64,000 bases of DNA from an uncultured Hormoscilla sp. (GCA_963921275.4 OZ001293.3:5888001-5952000), one strand, 5' to 3'; positions 36,404-49,652 are shown, counted from the first letter of the stretch. The notes: generated by a model from the sequence alone, not told the origin. Numbers and translations are program-made.

Positions 36404-36823
36404 ATGGGAAGAATTACAACAACGCTAGCGGTCACGAATCGTGCTGACCAAATTCTGGCAACAAGAGATATGATAACCCCAGAACAAGTCCGATCGATTA
36501 CCCTAGAGAATGTGCTCGTGGATATAGGTGCGACCACATTGTGCTTGCCCAAAGAGACGATCGCATCTTTAGGACTGGAATTGTTAAAGGAAGTTGATGT
36601 GGAAACGGCAAGTGGCATTGGTAAAGCCAGGATATTTCAAGATGCGAAGATTTCGTTATTATCACGAGAAGGGACATTTGAATGTTTAGAACTACCCGGT
36701 GGAAGTTCTCCATTACTTGGTGTCATCCCCTTGGAAGCATTAGGAATAGAACTGGACTTAAAGAACCAAAGGTTAGAGCCGTTACCCATTAGTCCGACAC
36801 AAACATATCTGACAATCCTCTAA
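36404..36823 (+). CDS. Clan AA (retropepsin-like) aspartyl protease
   Basis: LVDIGATTLCLP (DTG variant), PLLGVIPLEALG. Confidence 0.8.
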   Translation: MGRITTTLAVTNRADQILATRDMITPEQVRSITLENVLVDIGATTLCLPKETIASLGLELLKEVDVETASGIGKARIFQDAKISLLSREGTFECLELPGGSSPLLGVIPLEALGIELDLKNQRLEPLPISPTQTYLTIL

Positions 36824-36987
36824 TATCAAGTCCGGATGATTAACCATAATAAAACAATATCTTCGTAGGTTAGGTAGAGCGGCTACGCGCCAGCGAAACC
36901 CAACAGGGCTTACCAAAGTTGGGTTTCGTGCCTCTACCCAACCTACGGGCGATAAAATTTTTATTATGATTTAATCGGACATGATAT
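36823..36987. mobile_element. MITE enclosing an inverted REP doublet
   Basis: ATATCAAGTCCG..CGGACATGATAT ends; inner GTAGGTT(A/G)GGTAGAG../..CTCTACCCAACCTAC. Related REPs occur near 18370 and 35551. Confidence 0.65.
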
Positions 36988-37120
36988 AATAAAGCTTAAT
37001 AAACAATGTTTTTAGTCGGTTTTCAACCGACTTTAGCCTCGTTCCCTGGCTCCCGCCTGGGAACGCGGGGGTTTGAACCCCCTGCGGGCTATCGGGTTGA
37101 CTAATATCGCAAATCAGAAG

Positions 37121-38081
37121 CTAATTGAGATTCCACGTAATAATTTCCTGTTCGACAGTTTCAATAGCAGCCATGATACTATTTTCCGGAGCATAGAGAA
37201 TGGACATTTTCACCTCCTGCAAGTAATCAGAAATATTTTCCCGCAACAGGGGGCGAGATGCTGCTACCATGCGATTGTAGTCCCAGAGGTCCCAAATCAC
37301 GATGCCAATACCCAGAAGGGGGTCTAAAACTTGAGCCCCCACCTTACGGCCCCTCCAGCTTTAGCTGCGATTTTCGCAGCAGCTTTACCCGCAAAAGTCA
37401 GAGCAATTTTACCCCCGATCGCGGCGGTAGAAACGATTAGCACCTCATTAGTAAGACTTTCTGGGGAAAGACTAGATTTACTATTTCCCGTATCGTAAAC
37501 CAGAGTAGCCAGGTCATTTAAGTATCTTTCCCAATCCCCATCGGGAATCTGATAGGTAGATTTAACTTGGGCAAACTTCATCCCCAGTGCGGAAGCATAG
37601 TTGCGACCGACTCTAGCTGCCAATTCTCTTAAATATTTCCCTCCCGCTTCTGGGTCGAGAACCAGTTGGTTAAACTTCCGTTCAAAATCAGCAACCAGTT
37701 TTTCTTGATAAGCCCGATCGGGATTTAACTTTTTATCCCGTTCCGACCTGAATCTATTTAAGGCATAATCTCCCGCCAAGAACAGCCAAGTAAAAGGGGC
37801 GCTGAACTCCATTTTTTCTGATGCAAGTAGCTGAAATACCAATTGAGAAATCGATCGTCAACCTTCTGCATCAAATCATCTAGCCAACGGTCTAACTCAT
37901 AAGTAGCAAATTCCTCAGTGCTATCATGGGCAGTCCTGACCGCTTCGATCGGATATCGATCGACTTCAGACCAGTCCCTATCTGAATTCATGGCAGCGGC
38001 CTCCGGCACCAGAGTCCCTAAAGCTATGGCTACAGTTATCATCAGAGAGACAAGCTGCTTGCCCACTCGGTTGTAAAGCAT
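37121..38081 (-). pseudogene. Paralog of the upstream hypothetical protein, two frameshifts
   Basis: DWSEVD..VDDRFLNWYFSY, IPDGDWERYL and LDPLLGIGIVIWDLWDY are spread over three frames. Confidence 0.85.
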
Positions 38082-39229
38082 TATCTCGCTCCCGCACTTA
38101 TTGATGGTAAAATATTCTTCTCTATTTCCCCGATCTCCTTCATTATCCCATTTTCCGAATTATAGAGCAAAGAATACTTTACTTCCTGCAAGTAATCAGC
38201 AATATTGTCATGTAAAATTGGTCGATCTACTTTAACTGTGTTATGATAGTCCCAGACATCCCAAATGATAATGCCAATGCCGACGATCGGGTCTAAAAGT
38301 TGCGATCCGATTTTGCCTGCCAGAGTAGCGCCTGTTTTGCTCGCAATTTTAGCCCCCGCCTTACCAGAGAGTTTCGCCACCACCTTACTGCCGATTTTAG
38401 CAGCGATCGGGATAACCAAAGGCTTCAGAGCCAAATAACCGCCTCCAGCAGCCAAGAGTTTGAGGGAAAGATTAGAGACATTTCCTTGGGTATCATTAAT
38501 AGCGATCGCAATCTCACTCAGATATCGGTCCCAGTCAGCCTGGGGAATTTTGTAACTACCTTGAATTTGCTGAATATGATCGCTCAAAGCATCCAGGTAA
38601 TGCTTAACAGTTGCTTGGGTTAAGCGTTCCAGCCTCAGTTGAGCAATAGTTGGTCTAAGTACCCGTCTGGCAAATTCTTGCTGGAAATCAGAGGTAATTA
38701 CTTCCGCCACCTTTTCCTCGGGAGTAGGATTATCGGGGTTCAGCAAACGAACTGCACCAGCAGATAATTGCACGAAAAAGCTCTTAAATTCCAATTGCTT
38801 CTGGTTGAAATAGCCGAAATACCAATCTAAAAATCGATCGTCCACCCGGTCGATTAATTCCTCAACCCAGAGATCCAGTTCTCCAGAGGCATAATTTTCG
38901 GCACTGGCACGGGCCTCACTCAGGGCCTCTACCATTGCCCGATCGACTTGACTCCAGTCAGGCTTTTCCACAACAACAACTTCAGTCTTTTCTGGCACAT
39001 CTGTTGCCGTAGAGAATGCTTGGGAAATAAAGAATTGACCCAGCAGGGGAATGAGAACTACCAAAATCACGATCGCCCAGACGATCGGGGTAACAGACTT
39101 AATTAGTTGCACCCAAGAGCGGATCCGGTCCGTTTTCTGGGCATAACTACCTTCTTTTTCTGCCGTCAACTTTTGCTCTTCATTCTTAGAGTCTGTTTTT
39201 TCTATTATTTGCTGTTGTTCTTCATTCAC
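38081..39229 (-). CDS. Conserved hypothetical membrane protein (start probably GTG 39229)
   Basis: TM helix; DWSQVD..VDDRFLDWYFGY; Ala/Gly/Lys-rich helix; LDPIVGIGIIIWDVWDY. Confidence 0.75.
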   Translation of the reverse strand: MNEEQQQIIEKTDSKNEEQKLTAEKEGSYAQKTDRIRSWVQLIKSVTPIVWAIVILVVLIPLLGQFFISQAFSTATDVPEKTEVVVVEKPDWSQVDRAMVEALSEARASAENYASGELDLWVEELIDRVDDRFLDWYFGYFNQKQLEFKSFFVQLSAGAVRLLNPDNPTPEEKVAEVITSDFQQEFARRVLRPTIAQLRLERLTQATVKHYLDALSDHIQQIQGSYKIPQADWDRYLSEIAIAINDTQGNVSNLSLKLLAAGGGYLALKPLVIPIAAKIGSKVVAKLSGKAGAKIASKTGATLAGKIGSQLLDPIVGIGIIIWDVWDYHNTVKVDRPILHDNIADYLQEVKYSLLYNSENGIMKEIGEIEKNILPSISAGAR

Positions 39230-39281
39230 AGTAATATTTCCCCAGACGATCTGCGTAAGGTGGGCAATGCCCACCCTACTT

Positions 39282-41357
39282 TCAATTCTTCATTTTCATA
39301 TCCATCACCCGCATCAGAAAAGCAAACTGATCGGCAATTTCCTTGATCATCTTAGCAGTAGGCTTGCCACCACCATGTCCCGCCTTAGTTTCAATTCTGA
39401 TTAACACGGGATTTTCACCCTCGTGGGCCTCCTGCAAAGCCGCAGCAAACTTAAAACTATGAGCAGGAACCACCCGATCGTCATGATCTGCCGTAGTAAT
39501 CAGAGTTGCTGGGTAAGCCGTGCCAGGTTTAAGATTATGCAAGGGCGAATAAGCATAGAGGGCCTTAAACTCCTCGGGGTCATCAGGAGAACCGTAATCA
39601 GAACACCAAGCCCAGCCAATGGTAAACTTATGGAAGCGCAGCATATCCAGCACCCCCACAGCTGGTAGCACCGCCGCAAACAGATCGGGGCGTTGGGTCA
39701 TGCAAGCACCTACCAATAAACCCCCATTACTGCCGCCAGCAATTGCTAGCTTTGCAGAACTCGTATACTTGCGATCGATCAGCCACTCAGCCGCCGCGAT
39801 AAAATCATCAAATACATTCTGCTTCTGTAGCTTCGTCCCCGCCTGGTGCCATTCCTCACCGTACTCGCCACCGCCACGCAAATTCGGAACCGCATAGACA
39901 CCACCCATCTCCATCCACACCAGATTAGAGATGGAGAAATTGGGCGTCAGCGAGATATTAAAGCCACCATAGCCATAGAGGTAAGTAGGATTATTCCCAT
40001 CTAACTGCAACCCTTTTTTGTGGGTAATAAACATCGGGACTTTGGTCCCATCCTTGCTGCTATAGAAAATCTGCTGCGTCTCGTAATCATCTGGGTTAAA
40101 ATCCACCTGGGGTTGCCGATAGATGGTACTTTCGTCCGTTACCAGATCGTAGCGGTAAATAGTTCCCGGTGTGGTGAAACCGGTAAACATGTAAAAGGTT
40201 TCCCGGTCATGACGCTTACCATCAAATCCCCCAACAGAACCAATTCCCGGCAATTTTACCTCTCGCACAAAAGTCCCGTCCAGGTCAAAAATCTTGACAA
40301 GCGATCGGGCATCTTTCAGGTAATTCACCACAAACTGATTATGCAATATTCCCACATCTTCCAGCACTTCCGATGCTTGGGGGATAACTTCTTGCCAATT
40401 TGCGCGATCGGGCCGTTCTACATCAATAGCAATTATCCGACTCCGGGGCGCATCCAAATCAGTCATTAACCAGAACCGAGAGCCCTCATTATCGATCAAA
40501 CTATAGCTAGCCTCGAACTCGCCAATCAGTTCTACTACCGGTGCTTCTGGTTTGCTTAAATCCCGATAGAAAAGCAAATTTCTGGGATACGTTCCTCGCC
40601 CGACGCTAATAATTAAATAACGTCCATCCTCAGTTACATTACCACTAAACATCCATTCCTTGTGGTCAGGACGTTCGTAAATCAGCACGTCCTCTGATTG
40701 GGGTTGATCCAGCTGATGATAATAAAGCTTCTGGTAATAATTGACATCTTCCAACTTAGTCGCATCATTTGGTTCGTCGTAGCGACTGTAGAAAAAACCC
40801 TTACCATCCTTAGTCCAAGCTGCGCCAGAAAATTTCACCCATTTAATCAAATCTGGTAAATCCTCACCCGTTTCCACATCCTGCACGTGCCATTCTTGCC
40901 AATCAGAACCCGAAGTAGACAGGCCATAAGCTATTAACTTCCCATCTTCAGTAATTGCTGTCCCCGATAGGGCGATCGTACCATCATCCGAGAGAGTATT
41001 CGGGTCCAGCAGCACCCGGGGTTCGCCCTCCAAGTCCGTTAAAGTGTAAAGGACAGATTGATTTTGCAGACCTGTATTGCGGGAATAAAAATAGCGATCG
41101 CCCCGCTGGAAAGGAATCCCATATTTTTCAAAATCCCACAGCTTTCTCAGCCGCTGCTGAAGTCCAGATCGGGCTTTAATTGCACCCAGATAACCAAAAG
41201 TCACCCGATTTTGAGCCTCAACCCAAGCCTTAGTTTCTTCCGAGTCTGGGTCTTCTAGCCATCTATAAGGGTCTGGCACCCGAACACCGTGGTAATCATC
41301 AATTTGGTCAACTTTGCGGCTGACTGGATAGACGATATGTTGCCTTGCATCTGACAT
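39282..41357 (-). CDS. Prolyl oligopeptidase (S9A)
   Basis: DPYRWLED, GGSNGG nucleophile, DDRV, AGHG. Confidence 0.97.
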   Translation of the reverse strand: MSDARQHIVYPVSRKVDQIDDYHGVRVPDPYRWLEDPDSEETKAWVEAQNRVTFGYLGAIKARSGLQQRLRKLWDFEKYGIPFQRGDRYFYSRNTGLQNQSVLYTLTDLEGEPRVLLDPNTLSDDGTIALSGTAITEDGKLIAYGLSTSGSDWQEWHVQDVETGEDLPDLIKWVKFSGAAWTKDGKGFFYSRYDEPNDATKLEDVNYYQKLYYHQLDQPQSEDVLIYERPDHKEWMFSGNVTEDGRYLIISVGRGTYPRNLLFYRDLSKPEAPVVELIGEFEASYSLIDNEGSRFWLMTDLDAPRSRIIAIDVERPDRANWQEVIPQASEVLEDVGILHNQFVVNYLKDARSLVKIFDLDGTFVREVKLPGIGSVGGFDGKRHDRETFYMFTGFTTPGTIYRYDLVTDESTIYRQPQVDFNPDDYETQQIFYSSKDGTKVPMFITHKKGLQLDGNNPTYLYGYGGFNISLTPNFSISNLVWMEMGGVYAVPNLRGGGEYGEEWHQAGTKLQKQNVFDDFIAAAEWLIDRKYTSSAKLAIAGGSNGGLLVGACMTQRPDLFAAVLPAVGVLDMLRFHKFTIGWAWCSDYGSPDDPEEFKALYAYSPLHNLKPGTAYPATLITTADHDDRVVPAHSFKFAAALQEAHEGENPVLIRIETKAGHGGGKPTAKMIKEIADQFAFLMRVMDMKMKN

Positions 41358-41467
41358 AGTATGGTATTCCTAATCGAGTTTGAAGTTTACGGACTTAAGC
41401 CCGCGCAGGCGGGCTTTGTTTCTGTAGCCCTACCCTTTAGGGGTGGGGGTTAGGGGGAGGGTAACTA

Positions 41468-44400
41468 TCAACTCGTAGCAGCGATCAGGACTTCGCCTTT
41501 AAGCATCCGTTGAGCAGCCTCCAGCAAAGCTTCTTCCAAATAAGGCTTAGTGAAATAGCCCTTGGCACCCGAGTTAGCCGCCCTTTGCCGGTGCTTATCG
41601 GCACCACGAGAAGTCAGCATCGCCATAGGCATATGATTGAGGTGCTCGTCTTTCTGAAGCCGATCGAGAAGTTCCAGACCATCCATTCTGGGCATTTCGA
41701 TGTCACAGAAGATAATATCGCAAGGCAGACCCGATCGCAATTTATCCCAAGCATCCTGACCGTCACGAGCTTGTTCCACCCGGTAACCAGCCTTATTAAA
41801 GGTCATCGACAGCAGTTCCCGCACCGTAATCGAGTCATCGACAATCAGCACAGTCGGCTCAGTTTTGATCTGCGGTACCTCAGGAATAGTTTGCATAGCA
41901 TCGTAATCCCAGGTTCTTTCCCGCCGGGACCGTCCCTTCGAGAGGTCAATCAGTTCCAGCACATCCGCGATCGGCATAATCCGACTATCCCCCAAAACCG
42001 TAGCGCCCGCCACCCCCATGGGCTTAGGTACCGGGCCTTCCAGTTGCTTAATCACAATTTCCTGCTCGCCCAGTACCCGATCGACCTGGAGAGCAATGTA
42101 TTCACCAGCACCGCGCAGGACCATTTCCAGCACGTCAAATTCTTCCTCCGTATAGTGTTGATTATTACTAGGTGCCGTTTCCTTTAACTGAGCACCAGGC
42201 CGATTGCCAGTGCGCGAATTCAGTAGGGCCGCTTCCAGGAGCGATCGCTCATATAGGTCCTGCATCCGCCCGCCCACATCATTCAGTTGTTGCACCTGAT
42301 AGAGCAAATTATCCAAAGTTGTCCGTAGCCGATATTGGTTTTGCTCCAATCTATTGCGGTTCACCACCAATTCCCCGACCAAGTTACTGAGGTTGTCCAG
42401 CTGCTTGATCGGCACCTTCATGTTCTGCTCAGGCTGTCGCGGTCGGCTATGGGTTTGCTGTTGCCGCTGTTTGCTGTGTGGTTTGATCGGAGGTCCACCC
42501 AACTTGTCTGCATCTACCAACATTGCTTCGAGTTCATCAAACTCATCACTGTTTGATGAACCATTACCTGCTTCTGATTGAGTCTCTTCGTTTCCGGTGG
42601 ACTCTGCTTGCAGACCATCTTGCGAGGCATCCAAAAATTCTTCTAGTCGAGCGAATACTGCTTGCTCGGCGTCCCCTAGGCTTGCCTGCTCTTCATGCCC
42701 CAGTAAAGCCTCCAATTCTTCCCATTGGTTATTTTTCGCTGCTGCTGTGTCCCCGGGGAGCGCTATTCGCACAAAAACGGGGACACAGGCTGTCGATGTC
42801 TGTTCCCCTGTCGAACCCTCATCAGGATCCCGATCGCCCAAGAGTTCCATATCTTTTTCCCAATCTATCGGACCCAAGTCAAGGTCATCGGACAGATCCT
42901 CTGTTTGAGAAAAATCGGTAGCATCCAGTTCATCAAGGATCGCTTCAATATCATCTGTACTTTGCCCAGATGCAAACATATTGGAATCCATGTCTAGCAT
43001 ATCTAGCGGCGTCTGGCTAGAACTTGATGCCACATCGGGATCCAACGATGCCGATATATCCCACATCGGATCTAATTTTTCATCTTCTGATGTCTTGACC
43101 TCTTTTGTCCCTTCGGATGACAAGTCCAACAATTCCTTGTCTGACATATCCGGCCAAGAGTCAGTTGCCGTTTGGACTTCTGCCAAACCTTCTGCCAAAG
43201 AAAGTTCCTCTACCTCTCCTGATGGCTGACCGTACTCTGAAAATATATCCAACTCTTCTGGCATCTGATTTTTCGCGCAGCGTGCTTCACCTGCCCCTGC
43301 CTTGCTTACTTCCGATGACAAGTCCAACAGTTCATTTGACATATCTTCAAGAGAGTCTGTGCGATTCGTTCTAGCCTAACGTGGTCAAACACGGAACGCT
43401 AGCCCGGTTTCATTAGCCGGGAACTCTGACCGCATGGGGGTTAAATTCCCCTCCCCCCAGGTACGGGGGTGACACCGGTCCTCGGTGCTACGAAGCGACA
43501 TCATCGTGGTGCTAAGCGAGGACTCAAATGTAGGATAACTGGCAGCCTAAGCCGGTGACGCCGCTAGGAAAGATATCCAAGGTTAGAGCAGGCAAACATG
43601 TGCAAGCCTCGTTATAAGGAACCAGCGAAATAAGGCTATATGCGCTGGCCTAAAAAGGAAATGGTAGCTAGTATTAGTTTTAGACTCTGGCTAATATAGT
43701 ACTCAAATAGCTCCCGGGGTATAGTGTGGACCTAAAGGTATCGCGAAATGTTGTTAGGGAACGAAGTAACCTCTCGTGTGCTGTCCATCAGGACAAGTTA
43801 GATGTTAAGCGCAAGCCACGGGGGGAGGGATGGCCCAAGAAGCGAATGCCCGGGGTAATTCCTGGGATAACATCTACAGTAATGTAGATGATGCTGGGTA
43901 GCCAGCGCTGACGTGGGTCGGTGATACTAGGAAGCTGCTGGAATGAGTAATCCTAAAAAGCCACGGAACTAATCCGAAACGCAAGTGGAGGATAAGGTAT
44001 GGATAACTGGTAAAACTGACTTGAAAATGGTGATACTAACGGTTATCAGAACAACCACTCGCTAAACCAGGAAAGGGAAGAAAAGACAGGCGGCAAGGGC
44101 TAACGGAAGTAATTCCTATTAAGTCTACCTATGAAAAGGGCCTAGTACCCAGTAGCCGGATGCGGTGAAAATCGCAAGTCCGGTTCCTCAAGGGAGGGTC
44201 GGGAAGCGATTCCCGGCTCGACCCCATCCAATGAAATAGACTCTCCCTCGTCCAGAGATTCCGCATACTCCATCTCCAGCTCCAACTCTTGCAGCATCTT
44301 CCGATTTTTCGCGCAGCGATCGCGTAGGACCGGTACCCTGTCGGTGCGCGCAGCGCAATCGCCTGCCGCTTCCGAGTCAGATGCTTCTTTTGTTTCTGTC

Positions 44401-46262
44401 TGGGAGTCTAACAGTTCATTTGACAGCTCCTCAAGAGAGTCTAATGAGAGAGACTCTTCAGACATGTCGGTACCTGTAGCTGACGATGAAAACATATCCA
44501 GTTCTAAGTCAGACAGCATACTTTCTTCCTTGAGGTCGATGTCTAACTCTTCGGTCGCCAACTCTGTCTCTAATCCTGACTCTAGCGGGTCGGAAACATT
44601 GTCAGTCAGCTGGAAATCTTCCCAGGATGCTGCTGCCTCCAGATCCTCTAGATCCAGTTCTCGGTCATCCCTAGAGTTCTGGCTATCAACTTCGGCCGGT
44701 TCCATATCTGTTGTGATGTCAAATAAATCATCATCAGATACTTCGAGCAATTGAGACTCGTAACTTTCCAAGGGTTCTAGGACGTCCCAATTATCCTTGT
44801 GGCCATCGGATGAGGCGATCGCCAGCAGATCGTCAAAATCCTCTAATTCTGCCTGCTGTCCTATACTGTCATGATTTGCCAGTTTCTCATGCTCCGATCC
44901 TGAGACAGTTTTGCCACCCGTCGCCGCCAGTTCCGACTGGCCTCTTTTACTGGACTGCTCTGATGTTTGAGCTTTAATTTTTGGATTATTAGCTTGCGTT
45001 TTTGATGCTGCGGTCATCTCACCAGTATCTGAGTATCCCCCCTCTGCATTATGGCCATTTTCCTCTGCTGACAGCAATTCCAACTCCTCTTCCAACTCTT
45101 CTGAGATTCCTTGTAGAGCGCTAATCCGATCCGAGTCGTCAGGCTTTTGCGGTGTGATTTCTAATAAGTCAGTAAAATCCCTTTCCTCTTGTTCATCTTG
45201 TGCATCTTCCAGATCCAGCAACTTCTCACCAAATAAGCTATTTAAATCATTCTTGCCGCTTTTTGTCCCACCCTCGCTCAGATTTGGTTCCTCTGCCCTA
45301 CCCGCAGAAGCTTCCAGAATATCCGAAAAGTCCCTATCAAAATCGGCCATTTCCAGGTTATCACCCTCTGGTTCCCCCAGAGAATCTGCTGCTTGCCAGG
45401 TTAGATCCAGATCGGGTTCTTTCCCTTTGAACAAGTCCGCCAGGGTGTTAAGTTCTGCCATTCCCACTTCCGGACCCTGGGAATCTTCGGTCTTTACAGG
45501 AGTTGATATCGGATCGGAGGCCCAAGGGATGATTTCCGATATATCTGAGCTGCTAGTCACCGGTGGCACTGGTGGCTGGTCAGTAATTACTACTCGTGCT
45601 AAGCTGTGATAGCTGTTTTCCTGATGGCCGATCACCCTACTTATTGCCTCTACTAACCTCTTCCACCTCACTGTTTCAAATCGATCGCCTGCTTGGGATA
45701 GAGTGCGACAAATTGATGCAAGCTGGGAGCGACTCTCACTATTATCAGCTTGCTTAAACAGCTGTAGCATCTTTTTCAACTGCGCCTGCACTTCCCTACC
45801 AAACACCTGTTGTAGCGCACTATCTTCTGTCTGGTCCTGCTGTATAATCTTTCTACCCAGACGATTGTCTATACTCACCAAAACTGGTTCTATCGCTAAC
45901 ATTATTTCGCTTGCTTTTTCCTCAGTCAGACCCAATGAACCTTGCAGACTATCGAGCAACTCTTGCAAGCTATCAAACACCTGAAACAATAGGTACTCTA
46001 GCTTTTTATCTACCACTTCCTGACAATTTCGCATAATTTCCAGGTAATCTTCCAGCTTATGAGCTATTTTCTGAATACTGTTTATTCCCAGCATTGCTGC
46101 TCCCCCTTTCACCGAGTGAGCAGCGCGGAACACCTCATCGATCATTTCTGGATCCGCGATCTTATTGCTCATATAAATCAAACCTTGTTCAATCGTATTG
46201 AGGTGGTCTTTTGCCTCCTCAATGAATTAACCTATTATTCTCTCTTCTTGTTCCGCTTCCAT
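41468..46262 (-). pseudogene. Hybrid CheA-CheY kinase (PilL/HmpE-like): N-terminal stop and frameshift, antisense intron, HATPase missing
   Basis: RIIG*FIEEAKDHL..FRAAHSVKGGAAMLG (Hpt); LDNLSNLVGELVVNR; DVLEM is joined directly to a CheW C-terminus (GEQEIVIKQL); REC domain. Confidence 0.9.
43359..44229 (+). mobile_element. Complete ORF-less group II intron (871 nt), antisense within cheA
   Basis: GTGCGATTCGTT start; canonical DV AGCCGGATGCGGTGAAAATCGCAAGTCCGGTT; end CTCGACCCCATCC. EBS1 AGACTCT at 43682-43688 pairs with the flank AGAGTCT. Removal restores ESISL-DSLEDMSNELLD. Confidence 0.95.
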
Positions 46263-46519
46263 AATTTTTACTTGCTCGTTTATTTTTTCTCTCTCATCTT
46301 TCATTTAGCAATTTCTCTCATCCCACTTTCTTTATTTCTTACCGACATTTACAACTTCGCTACAATTTCCGATCTCCCCTGGCTCTCTTTTCCTCTTATT
46401 TATGTTATATATAGACAAATATCCTTTGCGAGTGTGATCAGTGAGGACGGGAACGACCCAACCGCTTCTCTTTCTATACTAATCGGAGTTGGGGCTAATT
46501 TTTGACGAATATCTAAAGT

Positions 46520-46616
46520 CAGTGGTCCGTGGTCAGTAGTCCGTGGTCCGTGGTCCGTGGTCCGTGGTTAGTGGTCAACTAACCACCCACAACTAACAAC
46601 CCACAACTAACAACTC
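46520..46616. repeat. Heptamer STRR-type repeats
   Basis: GTGGTCC and ACTAACA tracts; similar heptamer tracts lie at 455-495, 25700-25745 and 50197-50240. Confidence 0.8.
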
Positions 46617-46807
46617 AGTGATAACTGTACTGATTATACCATTTTAAACTAAAGAAGCTACTGATGTCCAACCCGAACATCCTTGCCACCTAGTTTGGCA
46701 ATCTCAAATCCCAATCACCTCAATGACGCGACAATTTTACTATTTATGAATAAAAATGACTATATTATTGCCCATACAAATCTGAGGGCACCTTCGAGAA
46801 TGTCTTA

Positions 46808-49567
46808 TTATTCCTTCGTTTCCACGCGGAAGCGCTCTACTGAAGTCAAGAGATCTCGCGCCACATTCACCAGGTTACCTAAAGCGCCGGATACCCGCTG
46901 AGCCTCTTGGGAAGTTTCTTGGGCTGTCAGTTCTACTGATTGGGTCACGTGAGCCACCGCTCGCGAAGTTTCAATCTGCTCAACCGTGTCAGCAGTAATC
47001 GAGCGGACCAGAACATCAATGCGATTATTAATCTGAATGATCTCTTCGAGAGATGTAGCAGCTTCTTTTGCCAGATTAGTTCCTTTAATCACCTGCTGCG
47101 TACCGTCTTCCATCGCCTGCATGACTCCATTTGTCTCGCTCTGGATCTGCAAGACGATCTGCTCAATTTGCTTCGACGCTTTAGCTGCCCGGTCAGCTAA
47201 TTGGCGCACCTCATCGGCCACGATCGCAAAGCCCCGACCCGCATCACCAGCACGGGCCGCCTCAATACTAGCATTGAGGGCCAGCAGGTTAGTCCGAGAA
47301 GCAATCGAGGAAATCAGGGCCACAATCTTAGAAATTTCTTGGGAAGATTCTGCCAGTCGCTTCACCTTGCGAGTCGTCTCAGCCACAGTTTCTCGGATCG
47401 CCAGGATCCCCTCCATCGTCCGTTCCACTGCTTCACCACCCTTAATAGCCGTAGTAGCAGCCGATCGAGCCACATTTTCTGCCTGACGAGCACTTTCTGC
47501 CACCCGTTGAATCGAATCAGTCATCATCTGGACCGAATTCAGCGTCACCGTCAGATCCTCCGCCTGCCGCAGAGCGTCAGAAGACAAGCTTCTAGCAAAC
47601 TCCGAGCTATCAGTCGCACTCCTATTCACTTGCCGCGCTGCTGCCTTCACCTGTTGGACAATTTCCCGTAGGTTCTGAATTGTCAGGTTAAACGAGTCTG
47701 CCACCGCACCCAAAACATCAGCAGTCACCTCGGCCTGTACCGTCAGGTCTCCACGAGCCGCACCTTCTACATCATCGAGCAATCTAATCACCTGACGCTG
47801 CAAATCCTCCTTCGCCTGCTCCTGCTCCGCCGCCCGACGCTGGGAATCAGTCATAGTAGTCAAAATATTCCGGGCCATCCTGTTAAAGCTATCCGCCAGA
47901 CGCCCCAGTTCATCTTCTCCGTATACCTTTGCCTGAGCTCCTAGCTGACCTGAGGCCACTGCCTCGAATTGAGCTTGCAAGTTATCCGTAGACTGCTTGA
48001 TTTGTTTAGAGGTTACCCAGCCCAGACCATAGGTGATACCAGCCGTTTCTGCTCCTGGCAGCACAATCATTAATAACTTTGACAGGGCTGAGGCTTGTGG
48101 TTTCGTGGTATAGATCACACTGGCACCCAACAGAGCAGATACTACAGCAGCAATCACCGCCGTATACAATTGTTTTTGCATCAGGGAGGCATTTTCAAAA
48201 AAGCCCAACAACCCCTGCTCCCCTGAAACTGCTAGTTCGGACTTTTGCTTGGCCTCCGGAGCGAAACTCGGAACCTGTTCGGTAGAAGTAAACATCTCTC
48301 CTGGTTCTCCCAATATGGTCGAGGGTTTCATCTGAGAACTTTCCATTGATGAGGTGCTCAAGTCGGAAAGGTCCGTAGAGTCGGGAAACTCAGAAAAGTC
48401 GTCTAGCTTATCGTCAAATACATCGAAGTCGTCCAGGAAATCAACCGTGCCATTGTCAGATGACAACGGCTCGCTGATGTCACCGGTTTCTTCTGGTTCT
48501 ATATCTGGCAGTTCATCATCAATGTCAGTTGCGCCCTTATAGAAGATCTCGTCCCTGTCCGGCGGAGAGTATTTCTCCGTATCTGACAGGGTTTTATCGC
48601 TGCTGCCATTGCCCAGCACCACCTCCTCGTCAACATCGGACTCTGGTAGCGGTTCCATCCCAGGCATAAATAGGGTTTTTTCTTCCCCGATCTCTCTAGG
48701 GGGTAAATAGCCCGTTTCATGCAACTGCCCATTACCATTGCTTGCATATTCGGACTCTTCGGGGTCTTTTAAATGCGGCTCTTGATGCCCATTCAGATCC
48801 TTTACCTGCTCTTGGGCGTCCAGCAACTGATCGACTGGGTTTTCCAAGACCGTTTTACCTGGACGATCGTGATAATTTGAGGAGGGTTCTCCCTCTAAAG
48901 TCAGAACATCATCTGCAGCCAACAATGTTTTTTCTTCCAGTTCTGATATTTCCTCAACATCGAAGATGTCTTCGCTCATAGTCATGCTATAAGCTGACTG
49001 GTTTAAACTCTCAGGTAAATCAGCAAAGGGATTGTCATCACCTTGGTCATCCAATTGGGTACCCGAGTCTAAGTCTGTATAATTATCGACATCAAAGGGG
49101 CTAGCAAATGGTCCCGAAATTTCTTGGCCTGATGTCAACTCCGGAGAGCTGTCAGCTATACTATCAAAACCATCTAGGTCAAATTCCGAGTCCTCAAGTA
49201 GTTCTTCCCATTTTTCTGCAAACGACTGCTCGTCAACCTCTGCTGAATCTTGTTCTGCGACTGCCCGTGGCGCCATTGACTCTATCTGGGCTGCTGGTTT
49301 GCTAGTAAATTGACTAGCGTAATCGATCCCATCGTTGGCATAATTAACCAACACTTCCTCAGTTGCGATCGCCAGTACTGACTCGTACTCTTCTATGGCT
49401 GTCTCATACTGCTGTAGCCCATAGCAGTATATGTGACCCCGGAGTAAATGGCCATTGGGCTCCGATGGGAAATCTTCCACTAATGAGTCAACAATTGCCG
49501 CCGCCTCTTCGTATCTACCCTGCATGTAGGCTGTTTCAGCTTTTTGGTATTCTTGTAGATAGTCCAT
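46808..49567 (-). CDS. Methyl-accepting chemotaxis protein (PilJ/HmpD-like)
   Basis: TPR-like N-terminus, acidic linker, [26 protein letters not shown]. Confidence 0.95.
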   Translation of the reverse strand: MDYLQEYQKAETAYMQGRYEEAAAIVDSLVEDFPSEPNGHLLRGHIYCYGLQQYETAIEEYESVLAIATEEVLVNYANDGIDYASQFTSKPAAQIESMAPRAVAEQDSAEVDEQSFAEKWEELLEDSEFDLDGFDSIADSSPELTSGQEISGPFASPFDVDNYTDLDSGTQLDDQGDDNPFADLPESLNQSAYSMTMSEDIFDVEEISELEEKTLLAADDVLTLEGEPSSNYHDRPGKTVLENPVDQLLDAQEQVKDLNGHQEPHLKDPEESEYASNGNGQLHETGYLPPREIGEEKTLFMPGMEPLPESDVDEEVVLGNGSSDKTLSDTEKYSPPDRDEIFYKGATDIDDELPDIEPEETGDISEPLSSDNGTVDFLDDFDVFDDKLDDFSEFPDSTDLSDLSTSSMESSQMKPSTILGEPGEMFTSTEQVPSFAPEAKQKSELAVSGEQGLLGFFENASLMQKQLYTAVIAAVVSALLGASVIYTTKPQASALSKLLMIVLPGAETAGITYGLGWVTSKQIKQSTDNLQAQFEAVASGQLGAQAKVYGEDELGRLADSFNRMARNILTTMTDSQRRAAEQEQAKEDLQRQVIRLLDDVEGAARGDLTVQAEVTADVLGAVADSFNLTIQNLREIVQQVKAAARQVNRSATDSSEFARSLSSDALRQAEDLTVTLNSVQMMTDSIQRVAESARQAENVARSAATTAIKGGEAVERTMEGILAIRETVAETTRKVKRLAESSQEISKIVALISSIASRTNLLALNASIEAARAGDAGRGFAIVADEVRQLADRAAKASKQIEQIVLQIQSETNGVMQAMEDGTQQVIKGTNLAKEAATSLEEIIQINNRIDVLVRSITADTVEQIETSRAVAHVTQSVELTAQETSQEAQRVSGALGNLVNVARDLLTSVERFRVETKE

Positions 49568-49652
49568 CTACCACGCCCCCCTGCTAAACAATTTATCCAT
49601 CCCGGAACCCCCCTCGAACTTTCACTGTCCCGAATTAGTCTTCCCCTTATTT

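Noticed and set aside
39230..39280. N-terminal extension MGIAHLTQ of the 397-aa ORF
   Set aside because: It derives from the REP palindrome GTAGGGTGGGCATTGCCCACCTTAC, which also occurs near 10929.
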